From the NCBI GenBank assembly GCA_048939765.1, contig JBHLPF010000038.1, positions 1 through 29,372 of the forward strand: a stretch of DNA of 29,372 nucleotides, read 5' to 3'. Shown piece by piece: positions 11,101 through 19,208 of this stretch (position 1 is its first letter; every line of letters starts with the position of its first letter). The notes below the pieces were generated by a model. That model was not told the origin of the DNA. It searched no databases and saw only the letters and a list, made by a program, of their open reading frames with translations. The position numbers and the translations under genes were made by a program. The stretch comes from Promethearchaeota archaeon. GTDB taxonomy: Archaea > Asgardarchaeota > Thorarchaeia > Thorarchaeales > Thorarchaeaceae.

Positions 11101-14100
11101 ACTGGCAACCAGATTGCCATTGGCAATGTTGGCACCTTCACATTCACTTCAAGTTATGCACCTCAGGTTTGGAATTCGCCCTCATCCTATGGCATTACGT
11201 TGGATACAAGCAGCTGGGCAGTTGGTAGCAATACGGTCACGCTAACTGTAGCCATGTCAAGCTCAGAATATTCCGCGCCTGCTTCGTGCGATTTTGATAT
11301 AGTGATAACGAGCCTCACCATCTACATGTATCATGAACCGAGTACTCTGAGGTTTTCAACTGGCCAGGACTTCCTCGTGACATTGAGAGTCGATGTCAGT
11401 GAACCAGGACCAAGCTATGGAAGTCCAGTGCAAGGTCTAATTGAAGGCGAGTTCTCAGTACCAGGATATACTATCACTATTGACACAACCGACCAAGCGC
11501 TTGGAAAATACAATCTCACAATCTCTGCCGCGAGTTTCAGCGACGGCTATCATACAATTACGGTCTATCTTGATCCATCCAGTACCAATTATGCCAGCAC
11601 GACTCTTGTGATCACATTTAGATATGAGCCAGGTCTGGCAGCATTGTCATCACCAAGCTATCCTCAAGTCACAACGCCCTTTGGAACCGATGTTCAGATT
11701 TCACTCACCTATGAAGATGCTGACAGTGGTACACCTATCACAGGAGCCACAATTGGTGGTGATATTCCGACGTATGGTCAAGCTTATGCTGCTGGTGCAT
11801 ACACAATTTGGATTGATGTTGCAGGATATGCTCAGGGGTCTCATCAGTTCACACTGTGGGCTGATGAAGCGAATTACCAGAATAAGACCCTCACCTTCAC
11901 ATTGGTCATTCGAAACGCCTTCACCTATGCATTGCCAAGTGTGGGTGCCCTTGATATCCCATTGGGAAATGATCCAGTCTTTACGGTGGACTATCACGAC
12001 ATCGATAATGACGTTCCAGTATCAAACGGAACTGGTGAGGTCACGGTTGTTTCCAGTTGGGGCAACTTCAATGTTGTTTACTTGTCTGGACCTGGATTAT
12101 ATGAAATCACATTCAACACTGTAGACACAGACACGCTGGTCCAGAATCAAATTTCCACCTTCACCTTCTCAAGGCCAAACTATCAGGATGGAGTCTTTTC
12201 AATCTCAGTGACCATTCGTCCCCATAACACTGACTTTCGGCTCGTCAGTGCAGTTGCACCTACTACTTTCAATGGAATCATCAACATTTCATTGTACTAT
12301 GGTGACATCGATAATGCTGCTGGTATTGAACCACTTGGGAGTCTTACAATCACAGTTGTGAATGAATCGGGCTCTGTTGGATTTAATCCCATAGATGACA
12401 GTGGCGGGTACTACACTGTTCAAATTGCAGCAAACCAATTCGGGCAAGGACTCCATACCTTTAACATAACCTTCGGTTGGTCTGGCCCAATTCAGAAGTA
12501 TCAGACAAAGTGGCTTGAAGTCACTGCAAATGTAGTTGGCGAAGACTCCCGTCTTACCCTTATGGTCGCCTCAGAGCCAACTGCCTATCTCGGTGTGATG
12601 AGCTACATCTTCTTCTACAGCGACCAAGGAAACATCGGTATCACGAATGACACCTTCAATGTCCATATCTCAGTGTCATTCCAGGGAATTTCAGTAGACC
12701 TGGGGCAAGTCAATATTCAAGAGATAGGCAGCGGCAACTATTCGATTGACTTCAATACCACCATCTTCTCTGCAACCGGTCTCTATTACATGAATGTATA
12801 CATCAACTGGACTGAGGGTGTTGCTCCATTCTATACCAACCGCTTTGATGTGATTTCTGTACGTGTGCTGCCGCGTGACACGCTGGTGTCAGTTACGCCT
12901 CCATCACCAACATACTATGGCGAAATCGCCTGGTTCGTTTTCACTTTTGATGATGTGACTGGAGAAAGCAACGTGCCCATTGTGGATGACCCCTCATTAG
13001 ACATAACGCTAAGCCTCCCAGGCTACAGCGTCAACTACTTGTCAGGAACGCAAGAATTCAATGTGACCTTTGATACAAGTCTGCTTGGAGCTCCTCTGGG
13101 ATCAAGATCCTTCACACTAGATGTCACTTGGGCTGGCGCGCCATTCTACACAAATCGTACAGGTCATGCAATCTCAATTGTTCTTTTGGCACGCCTGACG
13201 GTTCTAGATTTCCAGGCTCCAGCTCCAACGCCATACCAAGACAATGTCACTTTCACTGTGACTTGGACAGATGTAACGAGTGTTGCATCAGGCATCTCTG
13301 TTGACACTTTCGTGCTATATGACGATGCAACTCCAATTCCGTATCCCGCATTCTATTCGTGGACTTCACTAGGAAATGGTCAGTACGAAATCACAATGAA
13401 TTCAACCTACTATAGTGCTCCCGGATTCTACAATCTGGTTGTTGAACTAACTTCAGCAGACTTCTTCATCCTAGATGCGAGTGCATCTCGGGTGTTCAAT
13501 GTGAGGCAAAGAGTGACACTTCTATCTGCAGAACCCACTGACAGGCTGCCCTACAACTCTACTCTGCAATTTGTCCTAAACTATCAAGACTTGCTGACCC
13601 TAGGAGTCATCGGTAATGCCTCTGACCTTGTAACCTTCGAGATCCTAAATTCATCGACGTGGTTCCACTCGATATCTTGGAATGCTATCCTTAAGCAATA
13701 TGACTTCACTGTGGAAACTTATAATCACCCCACTCTAGCCACTGATACTCCATACGCATTGGAAGTTAAAATGACCTATGCGAATGTAGCTCCATTCTAT
13801 GGTGCCGATACCACATACATCCAGTTTGAGTTGAGATCCAGATCCTCAAAGCTTGTGCTTCAAGACACCCCTGATTCGACCCCATATCTGGACTATGCAA
13901 ACTTCACCGTGTTCTACAGAGACCTTGATGCTGCAGGATCAGTTGGTATCATTGCTGATAGCATTGAGGTGTACAAAGGCGCGACTCCACTAACCCAAGG
14001 CACACACTATTTGGTGTCAAATCTCAGTGGCGGTATCTACTTGATATCGGTAAACACGACCGCTCTAGATGGTCTAGGCACGACGGTGCTAACTGTCTTT

Positions 14101-17100
14101 GCCAATTGGAATCCTTCGAACAGACCGTATCATGACGATGCTGATGTCATCGTATCGATAGTAACAACCGAACGAGACGCCAACGTGCAGATTCTGGTTC
14201 CTCCGTCACAGACCCAATATTGGGACAATGTCACGTTGACCTTTGCATACTATGACCTTGGAAGAGGTGTAGAGATCACCAGCATAACAGCCTCAGACAT
14301 TGAAGTCTGGGCGGATGGTGCGCTTCTAGCTCCAGGAGACTTCATTCTGACCTCTATCGGGCCCAATTTTCAGCTGGAAGTCAACTCTTCTGTCTTGAGT
14401 CCGACTTTGGTTAGCGGCTACAATCTAACAATCTTCGTTGACTGGAATGATCTTGTTGCACCATACTACCTCGATGATTCAACACTGGTTAGAGTCACCC
14501 TTGTAGGAAGGAAGATGACATTTTCAGCTGACCCCATCAGCGATGCTGACCTCGGAGAGCTCCTGAGCATAACCTTCCGTCTTCAGGATCTGGATCAGGG
14601 ATGGCTAGTGGCAGGTGCTATAATCTCCTTTGATGGCCAGACTGTTTCTCTGACGCAAGGTGTGAATTACTGGGTTACTGATGTAGGCGGAGTATATACT
14701 ATCGACGTCGATACCCTCGCATTGGGCAGTCCCGGTCCTTACAAATTTGATTTGGATATCGCATGGAATCCTGGCACAGTCCCATTCTATACTAACCTGG
14801 CGACGATAGAGCTAACGGGAATCGTTAGAGAGATAGATACCGAACTGACATTGATTGATCCTGCTAGTGGGATTGTTGAAGTCTTTTGGCAAGATGCGGC
14901 GTATGTCGATGTTTCCTTTGATGACTTGTATAATCTAGTTGTTATATCCGGAGCAACAGTGAGGTATGATTCAGACATTGCGAATGGTTTCTTTGATGAA
15001 TCCATCGCCACTCCTGGGACCTACAATGCTTTTATCTCTACAGAGAATGCCACTTCCCCTGGAACTCTGGTTGTGACCATAACTGCGAGCCTAGCCAATT
15101 ATGAAACCGCAATAGCATATGTCACCCTTCTCATAAAGGCGCTGCCGTCAGAGATGATTCCAATTTCCCCTGTCTCTGGGCAGGATTTCATGAGCAGAGG
15201 GAGCGCCATAGAAATAACCATCTATCTGCGAGATGACTACATTACACTCGCACCTATACTAGACTCCAAAGTGCTATCAGTTCTGGCGAATTTTGAAGGA
15301 GTTGACTATCCACTGGTCTACAACGGCACAGTAGGATACTACGAGCTTCTCATACCTGCAGATGGCCCAACCATTCTTGACATTGGGACTTATAATGTCC
15401 GGGTCACAGCGATTTTCAACTTCTATGACCCTGCAACATTCTTGTTCAGAGTCACCCTGACTCAGTCAGCCACCGAGCTTAGGTTTACAGGAACTACAGC
15501 AGAGGATATGTCACGTGTCTATACTGAGAGCGTCAATTTCTCAGTCATGTTGGTACTACCTGACTTTGGTGACATGTTGTTCTACAATTCAACCGTTACT
15601 TGGTATATCGTCGGTACGAGTCTGACCGGCACCTTGGCAAATCCACGAACCGGCTATTTCTCAACTGTTGTTGATACCATAACTATTGGATATGGCATTT
15701 GGCCAATAACCATTAGAGCAAGAACTTGGGACAATGCATCCGAATTTGCTGATACATCCATTCAGCTCACACTAACAATTACGAGGATTCCGACTACTGT
15801 TATCCGTCCTGGAAATATCGATGTCTACTGGGGATGGAATGGGAACATCGAGTTCATCTACTCCGCGGGCTCATTCGGTAATGTAACAGGTGCCAACGCT
15901 CCGTTCAATTGGGATGTGGTTAGTGGGAATGCAACTGAAGGGCCAAATGGTCGATATTTCGTATTCGTTAACACTTCACTGGTTGCTCCAGGCTTCTATA
16001 CCCTAAGCCTCACACTCAGCAAGGAGAACTACCAAGAGGGTCCAGCGTCAATATTGATTCGAGTGCTGGAAGTACCCACATCCATCTTCGTGGATTCGGT
16101 TGTCTATACTCCAGCATATGGAGGAACATTGCCCTCAATGACAGACCTTCAGATCCCCCTTGGCGAGTCAATGGTCATCGATTTATGGTATAACGATACT
16201 GACGCTTCTGAAGGATATATTGGAGGTCTATCTGGAGCGTTTGCTACAGGCAACAGCTTCCTTAGAGGGCCCACAATAGACACGCCTTTGAGTGTTTCAT
16301 TAGTTGACGTGGGACATGGTCTATATCGGCTTACATTCGACACAACCAATCCAGCTATTGCAGCCATAGTCACAGACGAGCCTTACAGATTCTATATTGA
16401 AATGGACCTGGAGAATCGCCGAATTGCTGATATACTGATCCGAATCGTAGTCATCGATATTCCAACCGACATCGTTATTCTGACAGAACTACCTGATTCA
16501 TTGGTTAATGGTGACTCATTTACATTTGATGTGTTTCTCAATGATACATGGCACAATCTGGGCCTTTCTGGTCAAACCGCCACATTCTCAAACAGTGAAA
16601 GATTGCAGGGAGTAGTAGACTGGGCTTGGGAGGAAGTAGGTAACGGATATTATCGCATCATCATGAGTACTGGTGGATTACTAAACTCGGGCTCTGGCTT
16701 TGCTACAATCTCTGTCGAAATCCCTGGCTATGCATCCATGACATTTGAAACACACCTTGAGGTTGTACCCAATCAAACTGATGAGGTCCTTCAAACGGCG
16801 TTGGTCTATGGGCTGCCAATCAGCCTATTAGTAGTTATTCTCCTAGGCGCCTACATCAGGGTCTGGAGCGTGCCCAAGAGGATTAGGCAAATCAACAAGC
16901 AGATCAAGGCAATAAGCAAAGGCAAGATTCCTGCTCCATTATCGGACGTGAGGAGTCGTACGGAGATACTTGCTGCCCTCTTCAATGACACCTATAGCCA
17001 GATGAAGTTGACTCGAGTCGCCGCTCAGATGCCAGAGGAGTCTGTATCCATCGAGATCCCAGAGATGGGTGACCTTCTCATCCAACTAGCTATTCTGACG

Positions 17101-17568
17101 AATCTTGATGCTGATGAGCTTGACGAGTTCAAGACTGACATTGCAAAGATGAAAATCAGTGAGCAAGCCGCATTTGTGCGAGAGGTCATTGAGCAAGAGG
17201 CAGTTAGAGCAGCCCGACGTGAAGGAAAGACAGTTGAGGAAATCCTTGAGGGAGTTGCTGCTCAGGCTGCTCGCCAACTTGAAGGAGTCGAGGAAGAAAT
17301 TCCTGCACCGCAGATCTTGGCTGTAGAGCCAGAAATGGCTGAAGAGGTGGAAGCGCCTATCGTCGGTGAGCCAGAGGAAGTAGAAGAAGTGACTGAAGTC
17401 ACAATGGAAGACCGGCTCAGCACATTTGAGATCGAGGACATCAAGATGGAGCTCGTCCGTCGCGGAGTTCCTGCGCATGAAATCGATACAATCATTGAGC
17501 AGGTCAAGGATCTGCCACGAGAATTGGTGGACGAGCTGATTGAGAGCGTAGATCGAAACGACAAGTAG
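8170..17568 (+). CDS. Giant single-pass cell-surface glycoprotein/adhesin-like protein: signal peptide, DUF2341 + LamG/ConA-like domain, about 21 Ig-like repeats, TM helix, conserved cytoplasmic tail
   Basis: The ATG at 8170 gives a typical signal peptide (MRKSAIIGLSLVILFFLPSTVS); ATG 8146 is an alternative. A DUF2341-like segment (FQYKKDITI...FPVMVSL...GNDIVF...LDHEVE...AWVK...ISMYYGN) is followed by a LamG-like segment (DFDGTDD...LTISGWFK...IYING...FFDGRMDEVRVS). TM at about 16798-16857. Collinear paralogue of gene 1. Confidence 0.9.
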   Translation: MRKSAIIGLSLVILFFLPSTVSMDGSSMPAAVIPAPFDNQGLVADSPVSYAGKGGALDVALQGSFTVNASTWNAAGQTYAADYTLGTSFSVQNASTVSWTAYVSVSPPAEVEDVSFAVDYPRLEWIPISVTDPLGVVKTYPTDWTYSLGVLSVASTAVTTYGLWKIEFLGGNHLYDIQFDLGGGSYANTATYDVGEDLEIQGSSSFINGATAQLVLTDPTGAVWHTTTNTTSGSSSHEIPSFQYKKDITINQAAIGTDLNFFPVMVSLIDTGLHDHAQSSGNDIVFVQNGMVLDHEVEIYNPTYSGTEAQLVAWVKANVSGTVDTVISMYYGNPIVGPQENPSGVWTSSYSAVYHLGESAADEATSAVHYDSTSNSYYGNQNGNADATGLVGSGQDFDGTDDKVVVDSSRGFDPTGDLTISGWFKLDSPFTSSSGTSQVLMAKYLTGDDDMHIVLAGTDYGNAMTKGSIVFKMENNAAQKYKCTQQITWSTSSWFYFAATMDASTPNNNQIYINGQLDTNATNVIGGASYGNLTFPADWEIGGGFTDSQLPGGQGFFDGRMDEVRVSNTLRSGAWLLAEYYNLALPGSFYSVGSESERSLAAPKFTKAIDSTAVAGLWTASLHYNDSGASVDHRVGEYQREFIVRHGSTLTIGSPSGIATRVVGDLLYIVANLTDDITSGFVSGATVTANWTDTGTSTMVTFEDYGDGRYGKVLNTSDLEGNIRWHINIQSSHPFYNDASTSFNLDLSHDTSLTYDSLTTTPVGWRLEVSLLFEDTFDGSPITGAIIKFSNGTPVDNVVAEGGGRYNLSLSSVGLGKGDHKYSFIAEPPSSYLVDGTVDVTFTIRAHHTAVSVSGDLIVPIGEDTPLTIQLVDLDNQTVVPIGSVSAFTFTPSSHGAQSDSSPADYLFNLVTNTWSITPSESVTLSVTLSDSNYMAPDSHVFSVEIRSHYTSVSVSGVLHKPLGNTTPLTVILTDLDTGNQIAIGNVGTFTFTSSYAPQVWNSPSSYGITLDTSSWAVGSNTVTLTVAMSSSEYSAPASCDFDIVITSLTIYMYHEPSTLRFSTGQDFLVTLRVDVSEPGPSYGSPVQGLIEGEFSVPGYTITIDTTDQALGKYNLTISAASFSDGYHTITVYLDPSSTNYASTTLVITFRYEPGLAALSSPSYPQVTTPFGTDVQISLTYEDADSGTPITGATIGGDIPTYGQAYAAGAYTIWIDVAGYAQGSHQFTLWADEANYQNKTLTFTLVIRNAFTYALPSVGALDIPLGNDPVFTVDYHDIDNDVPVSNGTGEVTVVSSWGNFNVVYLSGPGLYEITFNTVDTDTLVQNQISTFTFSRPNYQDGVFSISVTIRPHNTDFRLVSAVAPTTFNGIINISLYYGDIDNAAGIEPLGSLTITVVNESGSVGFNPIDDSGGYYTVQIAANQFGQGLHTFNITFGWSGPIQKYQTKWLEVTANVVGEDSRLTLMVASEPTAYLGVMSYIFFYSDQGNIGITNDTFNVHISVSFQGISVDLGQVNIQEIGSGNYSIDFNTTIFSATGLYYMNVYINWTEGVAPFYTNRFDVISVRVLPRDTLVSVTPPSPTYYGEIAWFVFTFDDVTGESNVPIVDDPSLDITLSLPGYSVNYLSGTQEFNVTFDTSLLGAPLGSRSFTLDVTWAGAPFYTNRTGHAISIVLLARLTVLDFQAPAPTPYQDNVTFTVTWTDVTSVASGISVDTFVLYDDATPIPYPAFYSWTSLGNGQYEITMNSTYYSAPGFYNLVVELTSADFFILDASASRVFNVRQRVTLLSAEPTDRLPYNSTLQFVLNYQDLLTLGVIGNASDLVTFEILNSSTWFHSISWNAILKQYDFTVETYNHPTLATDTPYALEVKMTYANVAPFYGADTTYIQFELRSRSSKLVLQDTPDSTPYLDYANFTVFYRDLDAAGSVGIIADSIEVYKGATPLTQGTHYLVSNLSGGIYLISVNTTALDGLGTTVLTVFANWNPSNRPYHDDADVIVSIVTTERDANVQILVPPSQTQYWDNVTLTFAYYDLGRGVEITSITASDIEVWADGALLAPGDFILTSIGPNFQLEVNSSVLSPTLVSGYNLTIFVDWNDLVAPYYLDDSTLVRVTLVGRKMTFSADPISDADLGELLSITFRLQDLDQGWLVAGAIISFDGQTVSLTQGVNYWVTDVGGVYTIDVDTLALGSPGPYKFDLDIAWNPGTVPFYTNLATIELTGIVREIDTELTLIDPASGIVEVFWQDAAYVDVSFDDLYNLVVISGATVRYDSDIANGFFDESIATPGTYNAFISTENATSPGTLVVTITASLANYETAIAYVTLLIKALPSEMIPISPVSGQDFMSRGSAIEITIYLRDDYITLAPILDSKVLSVLANFEGVDYPLVYNGTVGYYELLIPADGPTILDIGTYNVRVTAIFNFYDPATFLFRVTLTQSATELRFTGTTAEDMSRVYTESVNFSVMLVLPDFGDMLFYNSTVTWYIVGTSLTGTLANPRTGYFSTVVDTITIGYGIWPITIRARTWDNASEFADTSIQLTLTITRIPTTVIRPGNIDVYWGWNGNIEFIYSAGSFGNVTGANAPFNWDVVSGNATEGPNGRYFVFVNTSLVAPGFYTLSLTLSKENYQEGPASILIRVLEVPTSIFVDSVVYTPAYGGTLPSMTDLQIPLGESMVIDLWYNDTDASEGYIGGLSGAFATGNSFLRGPTIDTPLSVSLVDVGHGLYRLTFDTTNPAIAAIVTDEPYRFYIEMDLENRRIADILIRIVVIDIPTDIVILTELPDSLVNGDSFTFDVFLNDTWHNLGLSGQTATFSNSERLQGVVDWAWEEVGNGYYRIIMSTGGLLNSGSGFATISVEIPGYASMTFETHLEVVPNQTDEVLQTALVYGLPISLLVVILLGAYIRVWSVPKRIRQINKQIKAISKGKIPAPLSDVRSRTEILAALFNDTYSQMKLTRVAAQMPEESVSIEIPEMGDLLIQLAILTNLDADELDEFKTDIAKMKISEQAAFVREVIEQEAVRAARREGKTVEEILEGVAAQAARQLEGVEEEIPAPQILAVEPEMAEEVEAPIVGEPEEVEEVTEVTMEDRLSTFEIEDIKMELVRRGVPAHEIDTIIEQVKDLPRELVDELIESVDRNDK

Positions 17569-17572
17569 ACTG

Positions 17573-18349
17573 TCAATTCCCTTTCCCCTTTTCCTCTGTG
17601 TTGAGGAAGTGGGAGAGTGGAAGCGTGGTGCCTGATGCGACCGGCTTTGTTCTAGAGGCTCGTCTGACTGGATACTGCGGGTGCTTCGATAGGGTATATT
17701 TGATATACATCTTGGACTCCTCCACATGTACATGCACTTGTGCGCAGCTGGCCAACGCTTTGCCTCCTGCAGGAGTCCTACCGCTTCTCGGTGCTGATGG
17801 TGCTGAGATTATTGTGGCTATTCCTCTCTGGAGGGTGAATGTCATCAGCTTGGTCGCCATGTGTGTGATCTGCTGGAGTCCCTCTCCGGTCAGGCCCTCT
17901 GAGATATACAGATCAGGAAGTCCAGTCACGATGAGAAGCCGTGCACGAACTCTGTCGAAGAATGACTCAAGCTGGTTCATCACAAGGTCATATGTCTGTG
18001 ATGCATTGAACGCTCGAGAGATATAGATCCTGTCCATTGCGTCCTCCGGCTCGAGTCCGAGTTCGAATGCGTGGTCACGGATTCTCTCAATCTTGATCAT
18101 ATTGGCACTATCGATGATTATCGTTGGACTGTCTGCTCCACCTTTGTGACTAGGAAGTTGAGCCTGAACTGCAAAACGGAGAAGGTCGTCATGAAGGCTA
18201 CGTGTACCGTAGAAGAGGTGTGTGAGCCCCATCTCAATACCGCCCCCGAGTAATCTATCGATTGAAACGTAGCCACTACTCATTCGGCGTCTCTCTACCA
18301 TGTCCGCGGTGAAAAATCCTGTTCTTGTCTTTGATTCCGCGCCCTTCAT
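17573..18349 (-). CDS. RadA/Rad51-family paralogue with a degenerate ATPase site and no N-terminal HhH domain
   Basis: RadA hallmarks: SGYVSIDRLLGGGIEMG, AQLPSHKGG, IYISRAFN, PAGGKALA. The Walker A position reads YGTRSLHD and Walker B reads LLIVTG. The ATG at 18349 (GAGG upstream) is preferred over the TTG at 18391. Confidence 0.85.
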   Translation of the reverse strand: MKGAESKTRTGFFTADMVERRRMSSGYVSIDRLLGGGIEMGLTHLFYGTRSLHDDLLRFAVQAQLPSHKGGADSPTIIIDSANMIKIERIRDHAFELGLEPEDAMDRIYISRAFNASQTYDLVMNQLESFFDRVRARLLIVTGLPDLYISEGLTGEGLQQITHMATKLMTFTLQRGIATIISAPSAPRSGRTPAGGKALASCAQVHVHVEESKMYIKYTLSKHPQYPVRRASRTKPVASGTTLPLSHFLNTEEKGKGN

Positions 18350-18464
18350 CTCACACTCGTCCTCCGTTCCAGCGTTTTTATCCACCCCCAAAAACTACGA
18401 GTGCAGTTGCCACTCAGTTTAAATGTCGTACCCCCATAAGTATGCCCTCAAGCCGGGAGGAATC

Positions 18465-18668
18465 ATGGACAAAACGCAGAAAATCAGAGTATGCCCTCGT
18501 TGCGGAAATCCCCAGATACGAGAGGCGAAGACCTCTGTAAGTGGATGGCTGGTTCCAAAGACCTACTACTGCTCAAATGAGGATTGCGGCTATTCCGGTT
18601 CTGTTTTTGTTGAAATCGAGGCGGATGAAGCCGATAAGTTCAGACGTGCAATCAATGGCGAGAAGTGA
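18465..18668 (+). CDS. Small Zn-ribbon protein (CPRC...CSNEDC), 67 aa
   Basis: The ATG at 18465 is preceded by SD-like GGGAGG, and the protein has two Cys pairs. Confidence 0.8.
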   Translation: MDKTQKIRVCPRCGNPQIREAKTSVSGWLVPKTYYCSNEDCGYSGSVFVEIEADEADKFRRAINGEK

Positions 18669-18738
18669 GAATGTAGCTATCTGAACGAAGCAATAGACTC
18701 AAAAGAGGGCAAGGAGCATCCTGCAGCGGTGACTACTA

Positions 18739-19164
18739 TTGGTTACATACGAAGGTTTTGAGTGGCCTGACGATCTGTTCTACACAGAAGACCAGATTTG
18801 GTTGAAAAAGGAGGGCGGAAATGTCCGCCTTGGATTCACCACTTTCGGCATGGACCTGGCTGGGAAGATTAAATTCGTACGCCTACGACCTGCTGGCAAA
18901 GACATCAAGGCTGGCCGCAGCATTGGCACTCTCGAGTCAGGGAAATGGACCGGGCCTGTCAAGTCCCCAGTGAGTGGGACCATTGCAGAGGTAAATGATG
19001 CTCTGAAAGACAATCCGGGCCTGCTCAACGACGACCCATACGGCGCAGGTTGGGTGGCTGTGGTTGAGCCAGCAGACCTCGATGGTGAGATTGGCACTCT
19101 TCAGGGAGGAGCCGGTCTTGAGGAATGGGTTAAGAAAGACTATGCCGAGAAGAAGGCTCAATAG
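18739..19164 (+). CDS. gcvH: Glycine cleavage H-protein family lipoyl carrier
   Basis: PDDLFYTEDQIW, lipoyl-Lys motif LESGKWTGPVKSPVSGTIAEVN, LLNDDPYGAGW; TTG start with a GGTGA SD. Confidence 0.9.
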   Translation: MVTYEGFEWPDDLFYTEDQIWLKKEGGNVRLGFTTFGMDLAGKIKFVRLRPAGKDIKAGRSIGTLESGKWTGPVKSPVSGTIAEVNDALKDNPGLLNDDPYGAGWVAVVEPADLDGEIGTLQGGAGLEEWVKKDYAEKKAQ

Positions 19165-19208
19165 ATACAAAGAAACTGTGGTGCCGGACTCCCCGGCCCA
19201 CAATCACT

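Noticed and set aside
11624-12124. 166-aa alternate-frame ORF inside giant gene 2
   Set aside because: It lies fully within a conserved CDS and has no recognisable motif.
1-17568. DNA-level tandem repeats, CRISPR or DGR template/variable repeats in the giant genes
   Set aside because: The repetition is visible only at protein level. By eye I found no long near-identical nucleotide repeats, and no reverse transcriptase or cas gene is present.
18365-18435. GTTCCAG and C-runs resembling ORB origin boxes near a cdc6-like gene
   Set aside because: There is no TCCAxTGGA core with a properly placed G-string, no repeated boxes and no long AT-rich unwinding element.
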